Positions 1 to 14,800 of a stretch of DNA of 64,000 nucleotides are shown in pieces (the first letter of the stretch is position 1; every line of letters starts with the position of its first letter). Origin of the DNA: the human T2T-CHM13v2.0 reference genome, Homo sapiens; assembly GCA_009914755.4 (NCBI GenBank), contig CP068257.2, positions 1,504,001-1,568,000 of the forward strand, in the 5' to 3' direction. A program made the translations under genes and the position numbers. Under the pieces are notes generated by a model. The model was not told the origin of the DNA, did not search any database, and saw only the letters and a program-made list of their open reading frames with translations.

Positions 1-2122
1 ACATAAATCATCAAAGTACACCAGATATATATTCTATAGTGTACATAAAATATAAAAGTACCGAAACTATACATTATATACTGTACATAAAATATGAAAT
101 TACATCAAATATATATTATATTAGGTACATAATATATGAAAGTACATCAAATATAGATTATATACTGTACATAAAATATCAAAGTACCCGAAATATATAT
201 TATATACTCTACATGAAATATCAAAGTTCACAAACTATATATTATATACTGTACATAAAATATCAAAGTACCCAAGGTATATATTCTGTAATGTACAAAA
301 AATATCAAAGTATCCAAAGCATGTATTATACACTGTATATAAAATATGAAAGTACATTAAATATATATTTTATTCTGTACATAAAATATCAAAGTACACC
401 AGATATATATTCTATAGTGTCTATAAAATAACAAAATACACAAACTATAAATTATATACTGTACATAAAATATGAAATTACATCAAATATATATTAGGTA
501 CATAAAATATGAAAGTACATCAAATATAGATTATATACTGTACATAAAATGTCAATGTACCCCAAATATATATTTTATACTCTACATGAAATATCAAAGT
601 TCACAAACCATATATTATATACTGTACATAAAATATCAAGGTACCCAAGATATATTCTATACTGTACAAAAAATATCAAAGTACCCAAAGCATGTATTAT
701 ATACTGTACATAAAATATGAAAGCACATCAAATATATATTTTATTCTGTACATAAAACATCAAAGTACACCAGATATATATTCTATACTGTACAAAAAAT
801 ATCAAAGTACCCAAAGCATGTATTATATACTGTACATAAAATATGAAATTACATCAAATATATATTATATTAGGTACATAAAATATGAAAGCACATCAAA
901 TATAGATTATATACTGTACATTAAATACCAAAGTAACACAAATATATATTTTATACTGTACATCAAATATCAAAGTTCACAAACTATATATTATATACTG
1001 TACATAAAATATCAAAGTACCCAAGGTATATATTCTATACTGTACAAAAAATATCAAAGTACCCAAAGCATGTATTATATACTGTACATAAAATATGAAA
1101 GTACATCAAATATATATTTTATTCTGTACATAAAATATCAAAGTACACCAGATATATATTCTATAGTGTACATAAAATATCAAAGTACCCAAACTATACA
1201 TTATATACTGTACATAAAATATGAGATTACATCAAATATATATAATATTAGCTACATAAAATATGAAAGTTCATCAGATATAGATTATATACTGTACATA
1301 AAATATCAAAGTACCCCAAGTATATATTATATTCTCTACATGAAATATCAAAGTTCACAAACTATATATTATATACTGTACATAAAATATCAAATTACCC
1401 ATGGTATATATTCTATACTGTACAAAAAATATCAAAGTACCCAAAGCATGTATTATATACTGTATACAAAATATGAAAATACATTAAATATATATTTTAT
1501 TCTGTACATAAAATATCAAAGTACACCAGATATGTATTCTATAGTGTACATAAAATAACAAAGTACACAAACTATAAATTATATACTGTACGTAAAATAT
1601 GAAATTACATCAAATATATATTAGGTACATAAAATATGAAAGTACATCAAATATAGATTATATACTGTACATATAATATCAATGTACCCCAAATATATAT
1701 TTTATACTCTACATGAAATATCAAAGTTCACAAACCATACATTATATACTGTACATAAAATATCAAAGTACCCAAGGTATATATTCTATACTGTACGAAA
1801 AATATCAAAGTACCCAAAGCATGTATTATATACTGTACATAAAATAAGAAAGTACATCAAATATATATTTTATTCTGTACATAAAATATCAAAGTACACC
1901 AGATATATATTCTATAGTGTACATAAATTATCAAAGTACCCAAACTATACATTATATACTGTACATAAAATATGAAATTACATCAAATATATATTAGGTA
2001 CATAAAATATGAAAGTATATCAAATATAGATTATATACTGTACATATAATATCAATGTACCCCAAATATATATTTTCTACTCTACATGAAATATCAAAAT
2101 TCACAAACTATATATTATATAC

Positions 2123-2500
2123 TGTAAATAAAATATCAAAGTACCCAAGGTATATATTCTATACTGTACAAAAAATATCAAAGTACCCAAAGCATGTATT
2201 ATATACTGTACATAAAATATGAAAGTACATCAAATATATATTTTATTCTGTACATAAAATATCAAAGTACACCAGATATATATTCTATAGTGTACATAAA
2301 ATATCAATGTACCCAAACTATACATTATATACTGTACATAAAATATGAAATTACATCAAATATATATTATATTAGGTACATAAAATATGAAAGCACATCA
2401 AATATAGATTATATACTGTACATTAAAAGCCAAAGTACCCCAAATATATATTTTATACTGTACATCAAATATCAAAGTTCACAAACTATATATTATATAC
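2123..2500. repeat. Representative 9-monomer higher-order repeat copy (378 bp). Monomer types run A, B, C, D, E, F, G, H, I.
   Basis: Monomer boundaries counted directly: A 2123-2164, B 2165-2206, C 2207-2248, D 2249-2290, E 2291-2332, F 2333-2375, G 2376-2416, H 2417-2458, I 2459-2500. Each type is defined by its variable 3' half, for example A ...CCAAGGTATATATTCTATAC and B ...CCAAAGCATGTATTATATAC. Confidence 0.85.
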
Positions 2501-2873
2501 TGTACATAAAATATCAAAGTACCCAAGGTATATATTCTATACTGTACAAAAAATATCAAAGTATCCAAAGCATGTATTATATACTGTATATAAAATATGA
2601 AAGTACGTCAAATATATATTTTATTCTGTACATAAAATATCAAAGTACACCAGATATATATTCTATAGTGTACATAAAATAACAAAGTACACAAACTATA
2701 AATTATATACTGTACATAAAATATGAAATTACATCAAATATATATTAGGTACATAAAATATGAAAGTACATCAAATATAGATTATATACTGTACATAAAA
2801 TATCAATGTACCCCAAATATATATTTTATACTCTACATGAAATGTCAAAGTTCACAAACCATATATTATATAC
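2123..2873. repeat. 18-monomer (751 bp) alpha-type HOR unit. A 378-bp 9-mer is followed by a 373-bp 9-mer in which monomer F lacks 5 bp (TATAT) and monomer E is replaced by the E' variant (..ATAACAAAGTACACAAACTATAAATTATATAC).
   Basis: The second copy spans 2501-2873, with the short F at 2711-2748. The ORF-track 'MKLHQIYIRY' starts at 2723, 3474 and 4225 are spaced exactly 751 bp apart. The same 750-bp spacing recurs at 62736 to 63486. Confidence 0.8.
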
Positions 2874-5800
2874 TGTACATAAAATATCAAAGTACCCAAG
2901 GTATATATTCTATACTATACAAAAAGTATCAAAGTACCCAAAGCATGTATTATATACTGTACCTAAAATATGAAAGTACATCAAATATATATTTTATTCT
3001 GTACATAAAATATCAAAGTACACCAGATATATATTCTATAGTGTACATAAAATATCAAAGTACCCAAACTATATATTATATACTGTACATAAAATATGAA
3101 ATTACATCAAATATATTTTATATTAGGTACATAAAATATGAAAGTACATCAAATATAGATTATATACTGTACATTAAATACCAAAGTACCCCAAATATAT
3201 ATTTTATACTGTACATGAAATATCAAAGTTCACAAACTATATATTATATACTGTACATATAATATCAAAGTACCCAGGGTATATATTCTATACTGTACAA
3301 AAAATAACAAAGTACCAAAAGCATGTATAATATACTGTACATAAAATATGAAAGTACATCAAATATATATTTTATTCTGTACATAAAATATCAAAGTACA
3401 CCAGATATATATTCTATAGTGTACATAAAATATCAAAGTACCCAAACTATACATTATATACCGTACATAAAATATGAAATTACATCAAATATATATTAGG
3501 TTCATAAAATATGAATGTACATCAAATATAGATTATATACTGTACATTAAATACCAAAGTACCCCAAATATATATTTTATACTCTACATGAAATATCAAA
3601 GTTCACAAACTATATATTATATACTGTACATAAAATATCAAAGTACCCAAGGTATATATTCTATACTGTACAAAAAATAACAAAGTACCAAAAGCATGTA
3701 TAATATACTGTACATAAAATATGAAAGTACATCAAATATATATTTTATTCTGTACATAAAATATCAAAGTACACCAGATATATATTCTATAGTGTACATA
3801 AAATATCAAAGTACCCAAACTATACATTATATACTGTAAATAAAATATGAAATTACATCAAATATATTTTATATTAGGTACCTAAAATATGAAAGTACAT
3901 CAAATATAGATTATATACTGTACATTAAATACCAAAGTACCCCAAATATATATTTTATACTGTACATGAAATATCAAAGTTCACAAACTATATATTATAT
4001 ACTGTACATTAATTATCAAAGTACCCAAGGTATATATTCTATACTGTACAAAAAATATCAAAGTACCCAAAGCATGTATTATATACTGTACATAAAATAT
4101 GAAAGTACATCAAATATATATTTTATTCTGTACATAAAATATCAAAGTACACCAGATATATATTTTATAGTGTACATAAAATAACGAAGTACCCAAACTA
4201 TAAATTATATACTGTACATAAAATATGAAATTACATCAAATATATATTAGGTACATAAAATATGAAAGTACATCAAATATAGATTATATACTGTACATAA
4301 AATATCAATGTACCCCAAATATATATTTTATACTGTACATGAAATATCAAAGTTCACAAACCATATATTGTATACTGTACATAAAATATCAAAGTACCCA
4401 AGGTATGTATTCTATACTGTACAAAAAATATCAAAGTACCCAAAGCATGTATTATATACTGTACATAAAATATGAAAGTACATCAAATATATATTTTATT
4501 CTGTACATAAATTATCAAAGAACACCAGATATATATTCTATAGTGTACATAAAATATCAAAGTACACAAACTATACATTATATACTGTACATAAAATATG
4601 AAATTACATCAAATATATATTATATTAGGTACATAAAATATGAAAGTACATCAAATATAGATTATATACTGTACATAAAATATCAAAGTACCCCAAATAT
4701 ATATTATATACTCTACATGAAATATCAAAGTTCACAAACTATATATTATATACTATACATAAAATAAAGTACACAAAGTATATATTCTATACTGTACAAA
4801 AAATATCAAAGTACCCAAAGCATGTATTATATACTGTACATAAAATATGAAAGTACATCAAATATATATTTTATTCTGTACATAAAATATCAAAGTACAC
4901 CAGATATATATTCTATAGTGTACATAAAATATGAAAGTACCCAAACTATACATTATATACTGTACATAAAATATGAAATTACATCAAATATATATTATAT
5001 TAGGTACATAAAATATGAAAGTACATCAAATATAGATTATATACTGTACATAAAATATCAAGGTACCCCAAATATATATTATATACTCTACATGAAATAT
5101 CAAAGTTCACAAACTATATATTATATACTGTACATAAAATATCAAAGTACCCAAGGTATATATTCCATACTGCACAAAAAATTTCAAAGCACCCAAAGCA
5201 TGTATTATATACTGTATATAAAATATGAAAGTACATCAAATATATATTTTATTCTGTACATAAAATATCAAAGTACACCAGATATATATTCTATAGTGTA
5301 CATAAAATAACAAAGTACACAAACTATAAATTATATACTGTACATAAAATATGAAATTACATCAAATATATATTAGGTACATAAAATATGAAAGTACATC
5401 AAATATAGATTATATACTGTACATAAAATATCAAAGTACCCCAAATATATATTATATACTCTACATGAAATATCAAAGTTCACAAACTATATATTATATA
5501 CTGTACATAAAATATCAAAATACCCAAGGTATATATTCTATACTGTACAAAAAATATCAAAGTACCCAAAGCATGTATTATATACTGTACATAAAATATG
5601 AAAGTACATCAAATATATATTTTATTCTGTACATAAAACATAAAGGACACCAGATATATATTCTATAGTGTACATAAAATATAAAAGTACCAAAACTATA
5701 CATTATATACTGTACATAAAATATGAAATTACATCAAATATATATTATATTAGGTACATAATATATGAAAGTACATCAAATATAGATTATATACACTACA

Positions 5801-8800
5801 TAAAATATCAAAGTACCCGAAATATGTATTATATACTCTACATGAAATATCAAAGTTCACAAACTATATATTATATACTGTACATAAAATATCAAAGTAC
5901 CCAAGGTATATATTCTGTAATGTACAAAAAATATCAAAGTATCCAAAGCATGTATTATACACTGTATATAAAATATGAAATTACATTAAATATATATTTT
6001 ATTCTGTACATAAAATATCAAAGTACACCAGATATATATTCTATAGTGTCTATAAAATTACAAAATACACAAACTATAAATTATATACTGTACATAAAAT
6101 ATGAAATTACATCAAATATATATTAGGTACATAAAATATGAAAGTACATCAAATATAGATTATATACTGTACATATAATATCAATGTACCCCAAATATAT
6201 ATTTTATACTCTACATGAAATATCAAAGTTCACAAACCATACATTATATACTGTACATAAAATATCAAATTACCCAAGGTATATATTCTATACTGTACAA
6301 AAAATATCAAAGTACCCAAAGCATGTATTATATACTGTACATAAAATATGAAAGTACATCAAATATATATTTTATTCTGTACATAAAATATCAAAGTACA
6401 CCAGATATATATTCTATAGTGTACATAAAATATCAAATTACCCAAACTATACATTATATACTGTACATAAAATATGAAATTACATCAAATATATATTATA
6501 TTAGGTACATAAAATATGAAAGTACATCAAATATAGATTATATACTGTACATAAAATATCAAAGTACCCAAATATATATTATATACTCTACATGAAATAT
6601 CAAAGTTCACAAACTATATATTATATACTATACATAAAATATCAAAGTACCCAAGGTATATATTCTATACTGTACAAAAAATATCAAAGTACCCAAAGCA
6701 TGTATTATATACTGTACATAAAATATGAAAGTACATCAAATATATATTTTATTCTGTACATAAAATATCAAAGTACACCAGATATATATTCTATAGTGTA
6801 CATAAAATAACAAAGTACACAAACTATAAATTATATACTGTACATAAAATATGAAATTACATCAAATATATATTAGGTACATAAAATATGAAAGTACATC
6901 AAATATAGATTATATACTGTACATAAAATATCAAAGTACCCCAAATATATATTATATACTGTACATGAAATATCAAAGTTCACAAACTATATATTATATA
7001 CTGTACATAAAATATCAAAGTACCCGAGGTATATATTCTATACTGTACAAAAAATATCAAAGTACCCAAAACATGTATTATATACTGTACATAAAATATG
7101 AAAGTACATCAAATATATATTTTATTCTGTACATAAAATATCAAAGTACACCAGATATATATTCTATAGTGTACATAAAATAACAAAGTACACAAACGAT
7201 AAATTATATACTGTACATAAAATATGACATTACATCAAATATATATTAGGTACATAAAATATGAAAGTACATCAAATATAGATTATATACTGTACATAAA
7301 ATATCAATGTACCCCAAATATATATTTTATACTCTACATGAAATATCAAAGTTCACAAACCATATATTATATACTGTACATATAATATCAAAGTACCCAA
7401 GGTATATATTCTATACAGTACAAAAAATATCAAAGTACCCAAAGCATGTATTTTATACTGTACATAAAATATGAAACTACATCAAATATATATTTTATTC
7501 TGGACAAAAAATATCAAAGTACACCAGACATATTTTCTATAGTGTACATAAAATATCAAAGTACCCAAAGCATGTATTATATACTGTACATAAAATATGA
7601 AAGTACATCAAATATATATTTTATTCTGTACATAAAATATCAAAGTACACCAGATATATATTCTATAGTGTACATAAAATATCAAAAGTACCCAAACTAT
7701 ACATTATATACTGTACATAAAATATGAACTTACATCAAATATATATTATATTAGTACATAAAATATGAAAGTACATCAAATATAGATTATATACTGTACA
7801 TTAAATACCAAAGTACCCCAAATATATATTTTATACTGTACATGTAATATCAAAGTTCACACACTATATATTATATACTGTACATAAAATATCAAAGTAC
7901 CCAAGGTATATATTCTATACTGTACAAAAAACATCAAAGTACCCAAAGCATGTATTATATACTGTACATAAAATATGAAAGTACATCAAATATATATTTT
8001 ATTCTGTACATAAAATATCAAAGTACACCAGATATATATTCTATAGTGTATATAAAATATCAAAGTACCCAAACTATAAATTATATACTGTACATAAAAT
8101 ATGAAATTACATCAAATATATATTATATTAGGTACATAAAATATGAAAGTACATCAAATATAGATTATATACTGTACATAAAATATCAAAGTACCCCAAA
8201 GATATATTATATACTCTACATGAAATATCAAAGTTCACAAACTATATATTATATACTGTACATAAAATATCAAAGTACCCAAGGTATATATTCTATACTG
8301 TACAAAAAATATCAAAGTACCCAAAGCATGTATTATATACTGTATATAAAATATGAAAGTACATCAAATATATATTTTATTCTGTACATAAAATATCAAA
8401 GTACACCAGATATATATTCTATAGTGTACATAAAATAACAAAGTACACAAACTATAAATTATATACTGTACGTAAAATATGAAATTACATCAAATATATA
8501 TTAGGTACATAAAATATGAAAGTACATCAAATATAGATTATATACTGTACATATATTATCAATGTACCCCAAATATATATTTTATACTCTACATGAAATA
8601 TCAAAGTTCAGAAACCATATATTATATACTGTACATAAAATATCAAAGTACCCAAGGTATATATTCTATACTGTACAAAAAATATCAAAGTACCCAAAGC
8701 ATGTATTATATACTGTACATAAAATATGAAAGCACATCAAATATATATTTTATTCTGTACATAAAACATCAAAGTACACCAGATATATATTCTATACTGT

Positions 8801-11800
8801 ACAAAAAATATCAAAGTACCCAAAGCATGTATTATATACTGTACATAAAATATGAAATTACATCAAATATATATTATATTAGGTACATAAAATATGAAAG
8901 CACATCAAATATAGATTATATACTGTACATTAAATACCAAAGTAACACAAATATATATTTTATACTGTAAATCAAATATCAAAGTTCACAAACTATATAT
9001 TATATACTGTACATAAAATATCAAAGTACCCAAGGTATGTATTCTATACTGTATAAAAAATATCAAAGTACCCAAAGCATGTATTATATACTGTACATAA
9101 AATATGAAAGTACATCAAATATATATTTTATTCTGTACATAAAATATCAAAGTACACCAGATATATATTCTGTAGTGTACATAAAATATCAAAGTACCCA
9201 AACTATACATTATATACTGTACATAAAATATGAGATTACATCAAATATATATAATATTAGCTACATAAAATATGAAAGTACATCAGATATAGATTATATA
9301 CTGTACAAAAAATATCAAAGTACCCCAAATATATATTATATTCTCTACATGAAATATCAAAGTTCACAAACTATATATTATATACTGTACATAAAATATC
9401 AAAGTACCCATGGTATATATTCTATACTGTACAAAAAATATCAAAGTACCCAAAGCATGTATTATATACTGTATACAAAATATGAAAATACATTAAATAT
9501 ATATTTTATTCTGTACATAAAATATCAAAGTACACCAGATATGTATTCTATAGTGTACATAAAATAACAAAGTACACAAACTATAAATTATATACTGTAC
9601 GTAAAATATGAAATTACATCAAATATATATTAGGTACATAAAATATGAAAGTACATCAAATATAGATTATATACTGTACATATAATATCAATGTACCCCA
9701 AATATATATTTTATACTCTACATGAAATATCAAAGTTCACAAACCATACATTATATACTGTACATAAAATATCAAAGTACCCAAGGTATATATTCTATAC
9801 TGTACGAAAAATATCAAAGTACCCAAAGCATGTATTATATACTGTACATAAAATATGAAAGTACATCAAATATATATTTTATTCTGTACATAAAATATCA
9901 AAGTACACCAGATATATATTCTATAGTGTACATAAAATATCAAAGTACCCAAACTATACATTATATACTGTACATAAAATATGAAATTACATCAAATATA
10001 TATTAGGTACATAAAATATGAAAGTATATCAAATATAGATTATATACTGTACATATAATATCAATGTACCCCAAATATATATTTTATACTCTACATGAAA
10101 TATCAAAATTCACAAACTATATATTATATACTGTACATAAAATATCAAAGTACCCAAGTTATATATTCTATACTGTACAAAAAATATCAAAGTACCCAAA
10201 GCATGTTTTATATACTGTACATAAAATATGAAAGTACATCAAATATATATTTTATTCTGTAAATAAAATATCAAAGTACACCAGATATATATTCTATAGT
10301 GTACATAAAATATCAATGTACCCAAACTATACATTATATACTGTACATAAAATATGAAATTACATCAAATATATATTATATTAGGTACATAAAATATGAA
10401 AGCACATCAAATATAGATTATATACTGTACATTAAATGCCAAAGTACCCCAAATATATATTTTATACTGTACATCAAATATCAAAGTTCACAAACTATAT
10501 ATTATATACTGTACATAAAATATCAAAGTACCCAAGGTATATATTCTATACTGTACAAAAAATATCAAAGTATCCAAAGCATGTATTATATACTTTATAT
10601 AAAATATGAAAGTACGTCAAATATATATTTTATTCTGTACATAAAATATCAAAGTACACCAGATATATATTCTATAGTGTACATAAAATAACAAAGTACA
10701 CAAACTATAAATTATATACTGTACATAAAATATGAAATTACATCAAATATATATTAGGTACATAAAATATGAAAGTACATCAAATATAGATTATATACTG
10801 TACATATAATATCAATGTACCCCAAATATATATTTTATACTCTACATGAAATATCAAAGTTCACAAACCATATATTATATACTGTACATAAAATATCAAA
10901 GTACCCAAGGTATATATTCTATACTATACAAAAAGTATCAAAGTACCCAAAGCATGTATTATATACTGTACCTAAAATATGAAAGTACATCAAATATATA
11001 TTTTATTCTGTACATAAAATATCAAAGTACACCAGATATATATTCTATACTGTACATAAAATATCAAAGTACCCAAACTATATATTATATACTGTACATA
11101 AAATATGAAATTACATCAAATATATTTTATATTAGGTACATAAAATATGAAAGTACATCAAATATAGATTATATACTGTACATTAAATACCAAAGTACCC
11201 CAAATATATATTTTATACTGTACATAAAATATCAAAGTTCACAAACTATATATTATATACTGTACATATAATATCAAAGTACCCAGGGTATATATTCTAT
11301 ACTGTACAAAAAATAACAAAGTACCAAAAGCATGTATAATATACTGTACATAAAATTTGAAAGTACATCAAATATATATTTTATTCTGTACATAAAATAT
11401 CAAAGTACACCCGATATATATTCTATAGTGTACATAAAATATCAAAGTACCCAAACTATACATTATATACCGTACATAAAATATGAAATTACATCAAATA
11501 TATATTAGGTTCATAAAATATGAAAGTACATCAAATATAGATTATATACTGTACATTAAATACCAAAGTACCCCAAATATATATTTTATACTCTACATGA
11601 AATATCAAAGTTCACAAACTATATATTATATACTGTACATATAATATCAAAGTACCCAAGGTATATATTCTATACTGTACAAAAAATAACAAAGTACCAA
11701 AAGCATGTATAATATACTGTACATAAAATATGAAAGTACATCAAATATATATTTTATTCTGTACATAAAATATCAAAGTACACCAGATATATATTCTATA

Positions 11801-14800
11801 GTGTACATAAAATATCAAAGTACCCAAACTATACATTATATACTGTAAATAAAATATGAAATTACATCAAATATATTTTATATTAGGTACCTAAAATATG
11901 AAAGTACATCAAATATAGATTATATACTGTACATTAAATACCAAAGTACCCCAAATATATATTTTATACTGTACATGAAATATCAAAGTTCACAAACTAT
12001 ATATTATATACTGTACATAAATTATCAAAGTACCCAAGGTATATATTCTATACTGTACAAAAAATATCAAAGTACCCAAAGCATGTATTATATACTGTAC
12101 ATAAAATATGAAAGTACATCAAATATATATTTTATTCTGTACATAAAATATCAAAGTACACCAGATATATATTTTATAGTGTACATAAAATAACGAAGTA
12201 CCCAAACTATAAATTATATACTGTACATAAAATATGAAATTACATCAAATATATATTAGGTACATAAAATATGAAAGTACATCAAATATAGATTATATAC
12301 TGTACATAAAATATCAATGTACCCCAAATATATATTTTATACTGTACATGAAATATCAAAGTTCACAAACCATATATTGTATACTGTACATAAAATATCA
12401 AAGTACCCAAGGTATGTATTCTATACTGTACAAAAAATATCAAAGTACCCAAAGCATGTATTATATAGTGTACATAAAATATGAAAGTACATCAAATATA
12501 TATTTTATTCTGTACATAAAATATCAAAGAACACCAGATATATATTCTATAGTGTACATAAAATATCAAAGTACACAAACTATACATTATATACTGTACA
12601 TAAAATATGAAATTACATCAAATATATATTATATTAGGTACATAAAATATGAAAGTACATCAAATATAGATTATATACTGTACATAAAATATCAAAGTAC
12701 CCCAAATATATATTATATACTCTACCTGAAATATCAAAGTTCACAAACTATATATTATATACTGTACATAAAATAAAGTACACAAAGTATATATTCTATA
12801 CTGTACAAAAAATATCAAAGTACCCAAAGCATGTATTATATACTGTACATAAAATATGAAAGTACATCAAATATATATTTTATTCTGTACATAAAATATC
12901 AAAGTACACCAGATATATATTCTATAGTGTACATAAAATATGAAAGTACCCAAACTATACATTATATACTGTACATAAAATATGAAATTACATCAAATAT
13001 ATATTATATTAGGTACATAAAATATGGAAGTACATCAAATATAGATTATATACTGTACATAAAATATCAAGGTACCCCAAATATATATTATATACTCTAC
13101 ATGAAATATCAAAGTTCACAAACTATATATTATATACTGTACATAAAATATCAAAGTACCCAAGGTATATATTCCATACTGCACAAAAAATTTCAAAGCA
13201 CCCAAAGCATGTATTATATACTGTATATAAAATATGAAAGTACATCAAATATATATTTTATTCTGTACATAAAATATCAAAGTACACCAGATATATATTC
13301 TATAGTGTACATAAAATAACAAAGTACACAAACTATAAATTATATACTGTACATAAAATATGAAATTACATCAAATATATATTAGGTACATAAAATATGA
13401 AAGTACATCAAATATAGATTATATACTGTACATAAAATATCAAAGTACCCCAAATATATATTATATACTCTACATGAAATATCAAAGTTCACAAACTATA
13501 TATTATATACTGTACATAAAATATCAAATTACCCAAGGTATATATTCTATACTGTACAAAAAATATCAAAGTACCCAAAGCATGTATTATATACTGTACA
13601 TAAAATATGAAAGTACATCAAATATATATTTTATTCTGTACATAAATCATCAAAGTACACCAGATATATATTCTATAGTGTACATAAAATATAAAAGTAC
13701 CGAAACTATACATTATATACTGTACATAAAATATGAAATTACATCAAATATATATTATATTAGGTACATAATATATGAAAGTACATCAAATATAGATTAT
13801 ATACTGTACATAAAATATCAAAGTACCCGAAATATATATTATATACTCTACATGAAATATCAAAGTTCACAAACTATATATTATATACTGTACATAAAAT
13901 ATCAAAGTACCCAAGGTATATATTCTGTAATGTACAAAAAATATCAAAGTATCCAAAGCATGTATTATACACTGTATATAAAATATGAAAGTACATTAAA
14001 TATATATTTTATTCTGTACATAAAATATCAAAGTACACCAGATATATATTCTATAGTGTCTATAAAATAACAAAATACACAAACTATAAATTATATACTG
14101 TACATAAAATATGAAATTACATCAAATATATATTAGGTACATAAAATATGAAAGTACATCAAATATAGATTATATACTGTACATAAAATGTCAATGTACC
14201 CCAAATATATATTTTATACTCTACATGAAATATCAAAGTTCACAAACCATATATTATATACTGTACATAAAATATCAAGGTACCCAAGATATATTCTATA
14301 CTGTACAAAAAATATCAAAGTACCCAAAGCATGTATTATATACTGTACATAAAATATGAAAGTACATCAAATATATATTTTATTCTGTACATAAAATATC
14401 AAAGTACACCAGATATATATTCTACAGTGTACATAAAATATCAAAGTACACAAACTATAAATTATATATTGTACATAAAATATGAAATTACATCAAATAT
14501 ATATTAGGTACATAAAATATGAAAGTATATCAAATATAGATTATATACTGTACATAAAATATCAAAGTACCCCAAATATATATTATATACTGTACATGAA
14601 ATATCAAAGTTCACAAACTATATATTATATACTGTACATAAAATATCAAAGTACCCAAGGTATATATTCTATACTGTACAAAAAATATCAAAGTACCCAA
14701 AGCATGTATTATATACTGTACATAAAATATGAAAGTACATCAAATATATATTTTATTCTGTACATAAAATATCAAAGTACACCAGATATATATTCTATAG

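Larger units (their letters stand above)
472..6126. repeat. ~5.6 kb block duplicated at 8481-14135 (offset 8009 bp, 99% identity or higher). Three copies of a divergent ~460-bp 'X' variant block bracket it, at 39-431, 5668-6126 and 13678-14135.
   Basis: Direct text match: 692-970 equals 8701-8979 with the ATG at 692 and 8701. ORF-track pairs include 3966..4184 with 11975..12193, 4225..4767 with 12234..12776 (3 aa differences in 180), 4822..5310 with 12831..13319 and 5351 with 13360. The X block carries the 'MYIKYKSTETIHY...IVSIK' variant at 39, 5668 and 13678. Confidence 0.8.

Noticed and set aside
2123-2164. The 42-bp monomer as a dimer of a 21-bp ancestral unit, because of the two GTAC cores.
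   Set aside because: Apart from the GTAC tetranucleotide, the two halves, TGTACATAAAATATCAAAGTA and CCCAAGGTATATATTCTATAC, show no convincing similarity.
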